From contig CABZDY010000001.1 in NCBI GenBank assembly GCA_902524635.1, forward strand, positions 19,477-83,476: a stretch of DNA of 64,000 nt, in the 5' to 3' direction. Positions 29,590-39,430 of the stretch are shown one piece after another; the first letter of the stretch is position 1, and every line of letters starts with the position of its first letter. Under the pieces are notes generated by a model, which was not told where the DNA came from, made no database searches, and saw nothing but the letters and a program-made list of their open reading frames with translations. The DNA comes from an uncultured Pelagibacteraceae bacterium (GTDB taxonomy: Bacteria > Pseudomonadota > Alphaproteobacteria > Pelagibacterales > Pelagibacteraceae). Both the position numbers and the translations under genes were made by a program.

Positions 29590-30114
29590 ATGGCTGATAA
29601 ATTAATAATTTCTTATGAAGAATATAAAAAGGTCGTCGAAAAACTTGCTTTAGAAATTGAAAAAAAATATAAGCCAACAGTATTAGTTGGCATCATGAGA
29701 GGTGCAGCTCCAATTATTGATATTTTATCTAGAATTTTTAAATTACCTACAGCTTATGTTGTAATTCAAAGTTACTCTGGTGATACGGTTCAAAATAAAC
29801 AAGGGGAGCTAATATTTGCAAGAGATATAAGTGCAATTGCAACTAACGAAGATTTTAAAAAAGTACTGTTAGTAGATGATCTATCAGACACAGGACTTAC
29901 CTTAAATAAAAGTATAGAGTGGCTTAAAGAATATGAACCTGTTAAGGACCACATAAGTGAAATTAAAACAGCGTGTCTTTGGAAAAAAAAATCTTCCACT
30001 TTTACACCTGATTTCTGTCCAATTTTATTAGATAATGATCCATGGATTGTTCAACCATCGGAGTATTATGACGAAATTGATATAGATGGTTTGAAAAAAA
30101 AGTATTCTAAATAA
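29590..30114 (+). CDS. Type I phosphoribosyltransferase (purine salvage-like)
   Basis: GIMRG, PRPP motif VLLVDDLSDTGLTL, WIVQP. Confidence 0.85.
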   Translation: MADKLIISYEEYKKVVEKLALEIEKKYKPTVLVGIMRGAAPIIDILSRIFKLPTAYVVIQSYSGDTVQNKQGELIFARDISAIATNEDFKKVLLVDDLSDTGLTLNKSIEWLKEYEPVKDHISEIKTACLWKKKSSTFTPDFCPILLDNDPWIVQPSEYYDEIDIDGLKKKYSK

Positions 30115-30140
30115 TAAAGGCCAGACTAAGCTGGCCTTTA
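30115..30140. terminator. Bidirectional intrinsic terminator
   Basis: TAAAGGCCAG-actaag-CTGGCCTTTA perfect 10-bp inverted repeat between convergent genes. Confidence 0.85.
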
Positions 30141-30163
30141 ATTTAATCTTTTGATAAAATTTC

Positions 30164-31228
30164 TTACTGTGGAATGTCTCCTTCTACTCCTTTAACATAA
30201 ACATTCATTCCAGCTAGCATTCCATCGTCAGCTACAGCACCTTCGGCTACAAGAACGTTTCCTTTTTGATCATAAATTGGACCAGTAAATGAGTGAGCTT
30301 TTCCTGAAGCTAAGTCTTTTTGAAGTTGTTCCACTTCTTTTACTAAGTCGCTTCCCATTGCAGAATTATATGGTGCCATTGCCACCATTCCTTCTTTTAA
30401 TCCATGCCAAGTATCTTGTTGTTTCCATGTACCATCTCTTGCTGCAATTGATCTTTCTACATAGTAAGGCGCCCAATCATCTATAATTGAGGTTAATATT
30501 GATTTTGGAGCGAATCTTTGCATATCACTTGCTTGACCAAAAGACCAAACTCCTGCTTTTTCTGCAACTTGTACCGGAGCAGTACTGTCAGTATGTTGCA
30601 TAATTATATCTGCACCTTGATCAATCAAAGCTTGAGCTGCCTCTGATTCTTTTCCTGGATCATACCAAGTAAAAACCCAAACAATTTTTGTTTTAATATC
30701 AGGATTTACTTTTTGAGCAGCTAATGTCATTGCATTAATTCCTCTTATAACCTCAGGAATTGGAAAAGAAGCAATGTATCCGATAGTATTTGTCTTTGTC
30801 ATCTTTCCAGCCATATGTCCTAATAAAGTTCTACCTTCATAAAACCTTGCAGAATATGTAGAAACATTTGAATGCTCTCTTTTGTAACCAGTTGCATGTT
30901 CAAATTTTACATTTGGAAAATCTTTAGCAACCTTGTTTGTTGGATCCATATATCCAAAACTAGTCGTAAAGATTAGGTCGTGACCAGATTGTGCTAATTG
31001 TCTTATAACTCTTTCTGCATCAGCACCTTCAGGTACACTTTCTACATAAGTAGTTTTTATTCCCAAAGCTTCCACTGCATTTCTTCCTTCATGGTGTTGG
31101 TATGTCCATCCATGGTCTCCAGTTGGACCAACATAAACAAAACCAACTTTAAATTCTGCATTTGCATTTAAGCTAAAGCCAAGCAAAAATAATACAGAAA
31201 TTAAACTTCTTAAAAATAGTTTGTACAT
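30164..31228 (-). CDS. BMP-family ABC substrate-binding protein (purine/nucleoside)
   Basis: GFVYVGPTGDHGWTYQH, TTSFGY, FEHATGY, WYDPGKE, QHTDS. Confidence 0.9.
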   Translation of the reverse strand: MYKLFLRSLISVLFLLGFSLNANAEFKVGFVYVGPTGDHGWTYQHHEGRNAVEALGIKTTYVESVPEGADAERVIRQLAQSGHDLIFTTSFGYMDPTNKVAKDFPNVKFEHATGYKREHSNVSTYSARFYEGRTLLGHMAGKMTKTNTIGYIASFPIPEVIRGINAMTLAAQKVNPDIKTKIVWVFTWYDPGKESEAAQALIDQGADIIMQHTDSTAPVQVAEKAGVWSFGQASDMQRFAPKSILTSIIDDWAPYYVERSIAARDGTWKQQDTWHGLKEGMVAMAPYNSAMGSDLVKEVEQLQKDLASGKAHSFTGPIYDQKGNVLVAEGAVADDGMLAGMNVYVKGVEGDIPQ

Positions 31229-31316
31229 TTGATTTCCCCTTTAAATTTAATTTTGTGATACTACAAACTAGACAATATTCTAATAAAAAAAAATATTTAT
31301 TTTGGAATAGCTAACA

Positions 31317-32249
31317 TCACTTTTCCTTATAGAAGATTTGTCCCAGCGAAGTTGGTGTATTCAGTTTTATTTTTCTACTATCACGAGAAATTACAACTAA
31401 AACTATTATTGTCATGATGTAAGGTAATGCACTTAATAATTGTACTGGAATTCTTAAGCCCACTGCCTGCATATGCAATTGTAAAATTGTAATTCCACCA
31501 AATATTAATGCACCTATAAGAACTTTAATCGGACTCCATGTTGCAAAAACTACTAAAGCTAGTGCAATCCATCCTCTTCCTCCTGTCATATTCTCAATCC
31601 ACTGGGGAGTGTATATTAATGATAGGTACGCCCCAGCTAATCCACACATTGCACCTCCATAAAGAATACAACTATATCTTACTAATGTAACATTAATCCC
31701 TTGATTAGAGGCTGAAGTTGGCGAATCCCCAACGGCTCTGATAATCAAACCAGTTTTAGTCTTTTTTAAAAAATAATTTGTCAAAAATGGTAATCCAAAT
31801 GCAAAATATAATATAATTGAGTGACCGAAGAATATTGGACCCAAAAACGGAATACTTTCTTTTAAATTAACGAATAATAGGGGAAATTCCTTTCCTGGAA
31901 TTCCAACGAAATTCTTACCTATCATTGCTGACATTCCAATACCAAAGATAGTTAGTGCAAGACCTGTAGCTACGTGATTTGTGAGGAGTGATTGGGTAAG
32001 CAATCCAAAAATAAGAGATATAATTAAACCTGACAGCATAGAGCCTACTACTGCAAAAAATAAATTATCAGTCACTACCATTAAAGCAAATCCAGAGATT
32101 GCTCCAATTATCATCATTCCTTCTACCCCAAGATTTAAAACACCAGATCTCTCCGTTATTAATTCCCCAGATGCAGCAAGTATTAAAGGAACTGATGATG
32201 CCATGATGGCACCAATTAAAATACCTATAAAATTTAAATCAAAGCTCAT
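31317..32249 (-). CDS. Nucleoside-type ABC permease
   Basis: ERSGVLNLGVEG, GRGWIALALV, LPY. Confidence 0.9.
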   Translation of the reverse strand: MSFDLNFIGILIGAIMASSVPLILAASGELITERSGVLNLGVEGMMIIGAISGFALMVVTDNLFFAVVGSMLSGLIISLIFGLLTQSLLTNHVATGLALTIFGIGMSAMIGKNFVGIPGKEFPLLFVNLKESIPFLGPIFFGHSIILYFAFGLPFLTNYFLKKTKTGLIIRAVGDSPTSASNQGINVTLVRYSCILYGGAMCGLAGAYLSLIYTPQWIENMTGGRGWIALALVVFATWSPIKVLIGALIFGGITILQLHMQAVGLRIPVQLLSALPYIMTIIVLVVISRDSRKIKLNTPTSLGQIFYKEK

Positions 32250-33312
32250 TTTTTTTTAAACCTAAAAATTTTATTTTAAAAAATAACAAATAATCAGACC
32301 CAAGAAGAAAAAATAAAATCATTCCTTGAAAAACTTGACCTGTATATTTTGGTACTTGCAAAAATATCTGAGCTGTTTCTGCTCCTAAATAAGTTAATGC
32401 AACAATTAAAGATGCAAATATAATTCCAATTGGATTTAGTCTTCCTAAAAAAGCAACAATTATTGCTGTGAAGCCATAATCAGGAGAAATGTTTCTATGT
32501 AATTGTCCTATTGGTCCTGTTATCTCGCCTACACCTGCAAGACCTGCACATGCTCCACTAATCATAAAAACAATAATAATCATTGTCTTACCTTTGTACC
32601 CTGCATATTTCGCAGTTTTTAAACTTAAGCCTGAAACTTTTATTTGAAAACCTAAATAAGTTTTGTACAAAATAAGCCAACTTAAGAATACAGTGATAAG
32701 AGTAATAAATATTCCAGCATGAATTCTTAAACCGTCAAATAAAATAGGCATTCTTGCAGACTCACTAAATTGTCTTGTTTCTGGAAAATTAAAACCTTCA
32801 GGATTGCTCCAAGGACCAACTACTAAATAATCTAATAATAATTTTGCAACATAAACCAGCATTAAGCTGACCAAAATTTCATTAGTGTTAAAATAGGTTT
32901 TTAAAATGGCTGGTATCATTGCAAATAGCATCCCACCAATTGCTCCAGACAAAATAATTATTGGTAAAACATAAAATCCATCATGATTATAAAATAACAA
33001 AGCAACTCCACCGCCGACTATTCCACCAAAAATAAGTTGACCCTCTGCACCAATATTCCAATTATTACTTTTAAAACAAAAAGATAAACCTATCGCTATT
33101 AAACAAAGTGGTGTAGCTTTTACCAAAAGTTCACTTAATCCGTATAAATCTGAAATGGGGGTAATAAAAAAAAATTTTAAAGCCTCAATAGGATTAAACC
33201 CCAAAATAAAAAAAATAATCCCACCACCAAATAATGTGAGAAAAATGGCTAAAATCGGTGTTAAAAAGTAAATTGATCGAGATACATCGTTACGCTTTTC
33301 AACTTTAATCAA
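32239..33312 (-). CDS. Nucleoside-type ABC permease
   Basis: WNIGAEGQ, NEILVSLML, YGFTAIIVAFLGRLNP. Confidence 0.9.
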   Translation of the reverse strand: MIKVEKRNDVSRSIYFLTPILAIFLTLFGGGIIFFILGFNPIEALKFFFITPISDLYGLSELLVKATPLCLIAIGLSFCFKSNNWNIGAEGQLIFGGIVGGGVALLFYNHDGFYVLPIIILSGAIGGMLFAMIPAILKTYFNTNEILVSLMLVYVAKLLLDYLVVGPWSNPEGFNFPETRQFSESARMPILFDGLRIHAGIFITLITVFLSWLILYKTYLGFQIKVSGLSLKTAKYAGYKGKTMIIIVFMISGACAGLAGVGEITGPIGQLHRNISPDYGFTAIIVAFLGRLNPIGIIFASLIVALTYLGAETAQIFLQVPKYTGQVFQGMILFFLLGSDYLLFFKIKFLGLKKNEL

Positions 33313-34804
33313 TTGAACCTCCTCCCATCAAAATTCCTAATTTTTCAGCCGTAACAGTATCTGCATTCATTATTTTAGATAGTTTACCTTTATAAATTAC
33401 ACAAATACGGTCACTTAGTTTTAATAGTTCATCGTTATCAGTAGAAATTAATATTGATGATTTTCCTTGTTCATTAATTTGAATTAATGTTTCATGAATA
33501 TAGTTGATCGCACCAACATCAAGACCCCATGTTGGGTTAAAACATACCAACAATTCAGGCGAAGTAATTAATTCTCTTCCAATAATTAATTTTTGAAGAT
33601 TTCCACCAGATAAAAATTGACTTTTTAATTCAACATTGTTTGTATTAACAGAAAAATTAGAAAGTATCTTTTTGGAGTGTTCTTTTATTTTTTTTTCATT
33701 CACTAAACCTTTTTCAAAAAAGTTTGATGACTTAAAATTGTTTAATGCAACATTTTCATATATCTTTAACTCAGGGACTGCAGCTTGAGAGATACGATCT
33801 TCAGGTGAAAAAGCCATAAGGTATTCTCTTCTTTCTCTAGGATTTAACTTACCAATTTCTTTATTTCTAAACATTATAGAAGTGCCTTTGGTAATTATTT
33901 CTCCACTCAGTATTTGAAATAATTCATTTTGTCCATTTCCTGAAATTCCAGCTATACCTAAACACTCTCCTTTTTTTAGAGAAAGGTTTAAATCATTTAA
34001 GTTTGTTTCATATGGGTCATCACTTTTAAAATTTAAATTTGATATTTGTAAAATTTGCTCGCTATTTTTAAAATTATTAATTTTTTTTTTAATAGTATTT
34101 AAATTTTCACCTACCATTTTATTAGCTAAACTTTCAATTTTTTCATCAATTGTACTACTAACGGAAACTACTTTGCCTTTTCTCATTACGGCTACCTCAT
34201 CACAAAGTGACAAAACTTCTTTTAATTTGTGAGTAATATAAATAATTAAAATTCCATCTTTAGAAAATTGTTTTAAAGAAATAAATAAATCATCAGTTTC
34301 TCGTTCAGTTAAAACTGATGTAGGTTCATCCATAATCAATACTTTTGGATTTCTAATTAAACATCTTATAATTTCTACTTTTTGTTTTTGACCTGCTGAT
34401 AAATTTAGAACTGGAATATCTAGATCAATTTTAAAATTGTATTTTTTTAATATATCGTTGACTAAAACTCTTAGATCTTCATCTTTTTTGTCATTATCTA
34501 TGCTTAAATTTTCAAATACTGATAAAGTCTCGAAGAGGTTGAAATGTTGAAAAACCATTCCAATATTATTTTTTTTGGCATCTAGAGGAGAGTTAAGTTT
34601 AATGCTTTCATCATTTAAAAAAACTTCGCCCTCATCAGGTTTAACTACTCCGGACAAGATTTTAACTAGCGTAGACTTGCCGGCCCCATTTTCTCCCAAT
34701 AATGCATATATTTTCCCACTTCCAAATTCTAATGATACTTTATCGTTTGCAATACATCCTGGATAAATTTTTGAAATTTCTGTTACTTTGAGTTTTGTAT
34801 TCAT
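33305..34804 (-). CDS. Nucleoside/sugar ABC ATP-binding protein (two fused ABC domains)
   Basis: GENGAGKST, DEPTSVL, GISGNGQ, LSGGNLQK, PTWGLD. Confidence 0.92.
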   Translation of the reverse strand: MNTKLKVTEISKIYPGCIANDKVSLEFGSGKIYALLGENGAGKSTLVKILSGVVKPDEGEVFLNDESIKLNSPLDAKKNNIGMVFQHFNLFETLSVFENLSIDNDKKDEDLRVLVNDILKKYNFKIDLDIPVLNLSAGQKQKVEIIRCLIRNPKVLIMDEPTSVLTERETDDLFISLKQFSKDGILIIYITHKLKEVLSLCDEVAVMRKGKVVSVSSTIDEKIESLANKMVGENLNTIKKKINNFKNSEQILQISNLNFKSDDPYETNLNDLNLSLKKGECLGIAGISGNGQNELFQILSGEIITKGTSIMFRNKEIGKLNPRERREYLMAFSPEDRISQAAVPELKIYENVALNNFKSSNFFEKGLVNEKKIKEHSKKILSNFSVNTNNVELKSQFLSGGNLQKLIIGRELITSPELLVCFNPTWGLDVGAINYIHETLIQINEQGKSSILISTDNDELLKLSDRICVIYKGKLSKIMNADTVTAEKLGILMGGGSID

Positions 34805-34943
34805 TAGAATCGGTCTGATAGTAATAAAAATAAAGAATTAAGTAATATAAATACATTATATTTATCTTATTTTGATGGAAAACTTATTTTTTTTTCAACT
34901 TTTAAGTTAATCTTTTGTTACATTTCAGTATTATAATAGAATA

Positions 34944-35246
34944 ATGAAAATTAAATTCACTATCATATTAATATCAATTCTTTTTTTTACTGCAGGTTGT
35001 CAAACTATTCAGAATAAAACTGACAAGGTTGTAGAAAAGGAAAATCAAAAATATGGATTATTTGTTGGTGGAGAAGTTAATAAAATGAAATTAGAATTAG
35101 GAGCCCCTAGTGAAGACATAATTAATGATACAGGCAATGAAGTTTTAATTTACAAAACTAAAAAGTATGGTGTGCCATGTGAGAGAAGATTTGAAATTAA
35201 TGCTAGTGGAATAATTATATCTTTTAGCTCTAGTGGTTGTTTTTAA
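34944..35246 (+). CDS. Hypothetical lipoprotein
   Basis: Signal peptide with lipobox TAGC; TATAAT 6 nt before ATG. Confidence 0.7.
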   Translation: MKIKFTIILISILFFTAGCQTIQNKTDKVVEKENQKYGLFVGGEVNKMKLELGAPSEDIINDTGNEVLIYKTKKYGVPCERRFEINASGIIISFSSSGCF

Positions 35247-35247
35247 A

Positions 35248-35269
35248 CTTGTGAGGCGAACCTCACAAG
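35248..35269. terminator. Hairpin between convergent genes
   Basis: CTTGTGAGG-cgaa-CCTCACAAG perfect 9-bp stem. Confidence 0.75.
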
Positions 35270-35284
35270 CAAGGTTAAACTTTA

Positions 35285-35731
35285 TTATTTAATATCAATA
35301 AGTCTTTTTTTCTTGTGGTCTGGTAAAATTCTTTCACAAGCAATTGTCAAAAGACCATCCTTAAGTTCAGCTCCATTTACTTTTACATCATCTGCAATAG
35401 TAAAAGATCTCGCGAATTGTCTTTGTGATATTCCTTTGTGAATTATTTCACCGTCTACATTTTGATCTTCAGACTTATTAAGCTGTTTAGTTCTAACAGT
35501 TAATATATTATCTTCGAACTCAACCTCGACATCTTTTTTACTAAAACCAGCTAAAGCAACTTCTATTGAATAGTTGTCTTTACCAGTTTTTCTTATGTTG
35601 TATGGTGGATAATTTGATTGCATTGTCATGCCACCATTACCAAGCATACTTTCGAATTGGTCAAACATATCGTCGAAACCAATAGAAAACGGTCTTAGTG
35701 AGTTAAAGATAGATAGATCCTTACTTGTCAT
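35285..35731 (-). CDS. ibpA: Small heat shock protein Hsp20 (IbpA-like)
   Basis: IGFD, NYPPYNI, ALAGF, HKGISQRQFARSF, A.LKDGLL. Confidence 0.93.
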   Translation of the reverse strand: MTSKDLSIFNSLRPFSIGFDDMFDQFESMLGNGGMTMQSNYPPYNIRKTGKDNYSIEVALAGFSKKDVEVEFEDNILTVRTKQLNKSEDQNVDGEIIHKGISQRQFARSFTIADDVKVNGAELKDGLLTIACERILPDHKKKRLIDIK

Positions 35732-35821
35732 ATTTACTCCTTTTGTTTAAGCAAGTTAATTTATGTAAGCCCCATTAGGCGACGTACCATTTATATATGG
35801 TGGTTAAATATAAAATTTCAA
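35732..35821 (-). promoter_or_regulatory. RpoH-like promoter and ROSE-like leader of hsp20
   Basis: Minus strand TTGAAAT...CCATAT, then CTTGCT-taaacaa-AAGGAG before ATG. Confidence 0.55.
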
Positions 35822-35832
35822 TACAAGATTAT

Positions 35833-37908
35833 TTAAATTTTTTCTGCAATTTTTAAAGCAAAAGCATAATCAAGAGCTATTTCTTCAATTGCACCATCTC
35901 TGCCAGATTTTCCTCCATGACCAGCGTTCATCTCAGTTTTTAATAATAGTAAATTATTATCTGTTTTATAGTCTCTTAGTTTTGCAGTAAATTTTGCTGG
36001 TTCATCAAACAGAACTCTATTGTCACTAAGACTAGTAGTGATTAAAATATTTGGATAATCCATTTTTTTAATATTGTTGTAAGGAGCGTATGAGTAAATA
36101 TAGTCAAAATGATCCTTGTTATCTTTAGCGTTTCCAAATTCATCAAATTCTCCAATTGTTAACGGCAGAGAATGGTCAAGATTAGTAGTTAAGGAGTCTA
36201 CAAACGGCACAGCCATTATTAACCCTAAAAATAGCTCAGGTGCTGCATTTACAACTGCCCCCATCAATAACCCTCCTGCTGAACCACCCATGCCTATAAT
36301 TTTTCCTTTAGAAGTATACTTTTTTTCAATCAAGAATTTTCCAACAGTAATATAATCTTCAAATGTATTTTTTTTGTTTAAAAGTTTTCCTTCCTTCCAC
36401 CATTTCATTCCTCTTTCCATTCCTCCCCTTATATGTGCTGTAACCCAAATTATATTTCTATCAATGAGGCTTAGTCGTGTAGATGAAAAACCTGGAGACA
36501 TCGAATTTCCATAAGAACCATAGCCATATAGTAAAAGGTTTGATGATCCATCCAAAACTGTATCTTTATGTCTTGTTACAGTTATTGGTACCATTCTCCC
36601 ATCATGAGATGGGCATTCAATACGTTCAACCACATAATCATTTGAATTATGTCCAGAAGGGATTTCTTGTTCCTTAACAAGTTTTTTTTCTTTAGATTTT
36701 AAATTATATAAATAAGTTCTTCCTGGTGTTTTAGGTGAAGAATACGATAAATATACATTGTCCGTATTTTTATTTTTTTGAATCAATGATATACTTGGCA
36801 CAATTACTTTTTCGTCACTAAAAATTATCTCTTCTTCTTTGTTTGTCTTTGGATCACGTAAAATTATTTTTCCAAGTGCATTAGATGTTTCAGATCTAAT
36901 TATCCAATTACTTAAAAATACTAAACCTCCTATCAATACTCCATCTTTTGCAGCAACATATGTCTCCCATTTTTGTTCAACTAAATCAGTACACCTATCA
37001 ATTTTAAAGTCCTCAGCATTTTCATTTGTATGTTTATAAAAATAGTTATCCCAAGAATTTACTGAGTAAATTATACCTTTTTTTCTCTTTTGAATTAATT
37101 TAGGATTTGGATTAATTTCATCAACTCTAAAGTAATATTGTTCCGAGGTGTTATGATCGGAACTTGTAATCATGAAATACTTTTCATCTGAACTTAAGCC
37201 AATACCAACAGTAAATGCTTCACTTTTTTCTTCAAAGATCAATAAATCATCTTTTGTTGCTGTTCCAATTTCGTGTCTATAAATAGTTCTAGGCCTATGA
37301 TGTTCGTCTAATTTAGAATAAAATATATATTTATCATCCAAACTAAATTCGATGCTACCACTCGTCTCTTCAATTTTTTCAGTAATCAAATTTCTAGATT
37401 TTATATTTCTTATATAAATTGTGTAATACTCAGATCCTTTCAAATCTAAAGAATATCCAAGAAACTCATCGTTAAAGCTTACCTCTAAGTCTCCTAAACC
37501 AAAATATTCTGTTTTAAGTTTATCCTTCTCTTTATCGCCATTCCATATTTCCTCAACTTTTTCCTCTCCAATTTTTCTTCTTAATTTTATAGAATAATTT
37601 CCTTTTGCAGTAGTTTTGGTCCAATACTCATAATTTATATCTTTGTAAGGAAGTGACTCATCATCCAATTTAATTCTTGCTTTAATTTCATCAAAAAGTT
37701 TTTTTTGAATATCTTTTGTATCTTTCATTTGATAAGAAAAAAATTCATTTTCATCTTCTAAATATTTTCTTACTTCAGGCAAAAGTTTAGAGCTATCCCT
37801 TAAAACCTCTAGAATATTAGATTGATGGATCCAACTATAATCATCTATCCACGTCTTGTTGTGACAAGATTTTATTTCAGGTTTCTTTTCAAGCTGTGGT
37901 AATTTCAT
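35833..37908 (-). CDS. ptrB: Oligopeptidase B (S9A)
   Basis: YGYGSYG, HIRGG, GGSAGGLL, DNRV, GHGGKSGR. Confidence 0.94.
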   Translation of the reverse strand: MKLPQLEKKPEIKSCHNKTWIDDYSWIHQSNILEVLRDSSKLLPEVRKYLEDENEFFSYQMKDTKDIQKKLFDEIKARIKLDDESLPYKDINYEYWTKTTAKGNYSIKLRRKIGEEKVEEIWNGDKEKDKLKTEYFGLGDLEVSFNDEFLGYSLDLKGSEYYTIYIRNIKSRNLITEKIEETSGSIEFSLDDKYIFYSKLDEHHRPRTIYRHEIGTATKDDLLIFEEKSEAFTVGIGLSSDEKYFMITSSDHNTSEQYYFRVDEINPNPKLIQKRKKGIIYSVNSWDNYFYKHTNENAEDFKIDRCTDLVEQKWETYVAAKDGVLIGGLVFLSNWIIRSETSNALGKIILRDPKTNKEEEIIFSDEKVIVPSISLIQKNKNTDNVYLSYSSPKTPGRTYLYNLKSKEKKLVKEQEIPSGHNSNDYVVERIECPSHDGRMVPITVTRHKDTVLDGSSNLLLYGYGSYGNSMSPGFSSTRLSLIDRNIIWVTAHIRGGMERGMKWWKEGKLLNKKNTFEDYITVGKFLIEKKYTSKGKIIGMGGSAGGLLMGAVVNAAPELFLGLIMAVPFVDSLTTNLDHSLPLTIGEFDEFGNAKDNKDHFDYIYSYAPYNNIKKMDYPNILITTSLSDNRVLFDEPAKFTAKLRDYKTDNNLLLLKTEMNAGHGGKSGRDGAIEEIALDYAFALKIAEKI

Positions 37909-37926
37909 TTTGAATTGAATTAATAT

Positions 37927-38436
37927 ATGAATATTTTTTTTATAACACTGATTATTTTTGCCATTGTATATGTTTTTCTGACTTGGTTTGCTAGGACCTC
38001 AGCTAAAAAAATTTCAAAATTTATAAGAATATTAATTATTTTTACTGCAATAGTATTGGCTGTCATAATGGCCTATGCTGGAAGATATATATTTTCATTA
38101 CCTTTCGTACTCGCAATCTTACCATTGATAAAAACTAAAGCTGGAATATCTTTGTTTCAACTTCTCAGATTGTGGGGTCTTTTTAGAGTTTTAAGAAATT
38201 CGGGAAGATTTAATTTTAACAATTTTAATCAATCAGTAAATAAACAAAGCTTATCCTTAGATGAGGCTTATAAGATACTAAATTTAAAATCTGATATAAA
38301 ATATACCAAAAGCCAGGTAATGCAGTCATATAAATCTATAATGAAAAAAATTCATCCAGATATTAGCCCAGAACTAACTAGGCTAGCCTCAATAGTGAAT
38401 GAAGCGAAAGAGATTGTGATAAAAAATATCAGCTAA
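37927..38436 (+). CDS. Membrane-anchored J-domain-like protein
   Basis: N-terminal TMs, C-terminal EAYKILNL...KKIHPD...VNEAKE. Confidence 0.75.
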   Translation: MNIFFITLIIFAIVYVFLTWFARTSAKKISKFIRILIIFTAIVLAVIMAYAGRYIFSLPFVLAILPLIKTKAGISLFQLLRLWGLFRVLRNSGRFNFNNFNQSVNKQSLSLDEAYKILNLKSDIKYTKSQVMQSYKSIMKKIHPDISPELTRLASIVNEAKEIVIKNIS

Positions 38437-39382
38437 TAATTGATTTAAATTTTTTATAAATTTTCTCTGGATTAATTTTCTCTTTACCTCTTGAATTATG
38501 GGAAACATTCTCCATTCCATCAGGAATTATTGGATACATATTTGGACTATAGCTACCGTACATAAGTGGAGTATCACACATTAATACGATTGTGGGTATA
38601 TTTAAAGCTGCAGATAAGTGGCTAAAACTAGAGTCGTTACAAATAGATATCTTGCAATTCTTGATAATTGGTAAGATTTCTGAAATTGGTAAGTTATCTA
38701 GAGGAACACAATATTTCTTATGTGATATCATAATATCATTAAGAATTTTTTGCTCATCCTCATGCTTACTTGTTGCTAAATAAAAAGCACAATCATAGTC
38801 TTTAAGGGCCAAATCAATAAATTTTTTAAATTTGTTAGGCGGCGTCCTTTTTGTAGGACCAGAGCCACCAATACCCAATAAAATATTAACTTTATTTTTT
38901 TGAATTTTAAACTTCTGTTCAGATAATTTAATCGCATCCTTATTGAGTTCAATTTGAGGATTACTTTCGACGTTCAAATTAATAGATTTCAATAATTTCT
39001 GTGCAGCTAAAATCAAATTCTGTCCTTTTTTTTCGAAGAGAGGATATTGATGAATATCTTTAATCCCTGAAAATTTACAAATAAGTCGGTATCTTAATGA
39101 TGAATTAAAAATAAATGCTTTATTAAAAAATTTTTTTTTTATTTCATTCTTTAATCTTAAAAATCCAAAAAAACCATTATGTTGATTATTTTTTTTATCC
39201 CTTTTTAAATATATTATTTTTTCTACAAATTTTAAATTATCTACATATTCAGTAGCTTTAGTACTCTCTTTAATTAAAAGAGTAATACGAGCTCCATACT
39301 TTTTAGAAATAGCTTCAATAAAGGGTAAGAAAATTACCATGTCTCCAATACCCATACGGTTTTGTATAACAAGTATATTCAT
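38429..39382 (-). CDS. Glycosyltransferase family 9 (heptosyltransferase-like)
   Basis: GIGDMV, ICNDSSFSHLSAALNIPT. Confidence 0.85.
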   Translation of the reverse strand: MNILVIQNRMGIGDMVIFLPFIEAISKKYGARITLLIKESTKATEYVDNLKFVEKIIYLKRDKKNNQHNGFFGFLRLKNEIKKKFFNKAFIFNSSLRYRLICKFSGIKDIHQYPLFEKKGQNLILAAQKLLKSINLNVESNPQIELNKDAIKLSEQKFKIQKNKVNILLGIGGSGPTKRTPPNKFKKFIDLALKDYDCAFYLATSKHEDEQKILNDIMISHKKYCVPLDNLPISEILPIIKNCKISICNDSSFSHLSAALNIPTIVLMCDTPLMYGSYSPNMYPIIPDGMENVSHNSRGKEKINPEKIYKKFKSIIS

Positions 39383-39430
39383 ATGTTTTTATAACCTTTA
39401 CTAATTTGAATTTTTATATAAATTTTCAAT

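Noticed and set aside
34805-34943. 139-nt AT-rich spacer as possible ncRNA/tRNA
   Set aside because: No stable stems or tRNA arms; explained by divergent promoters
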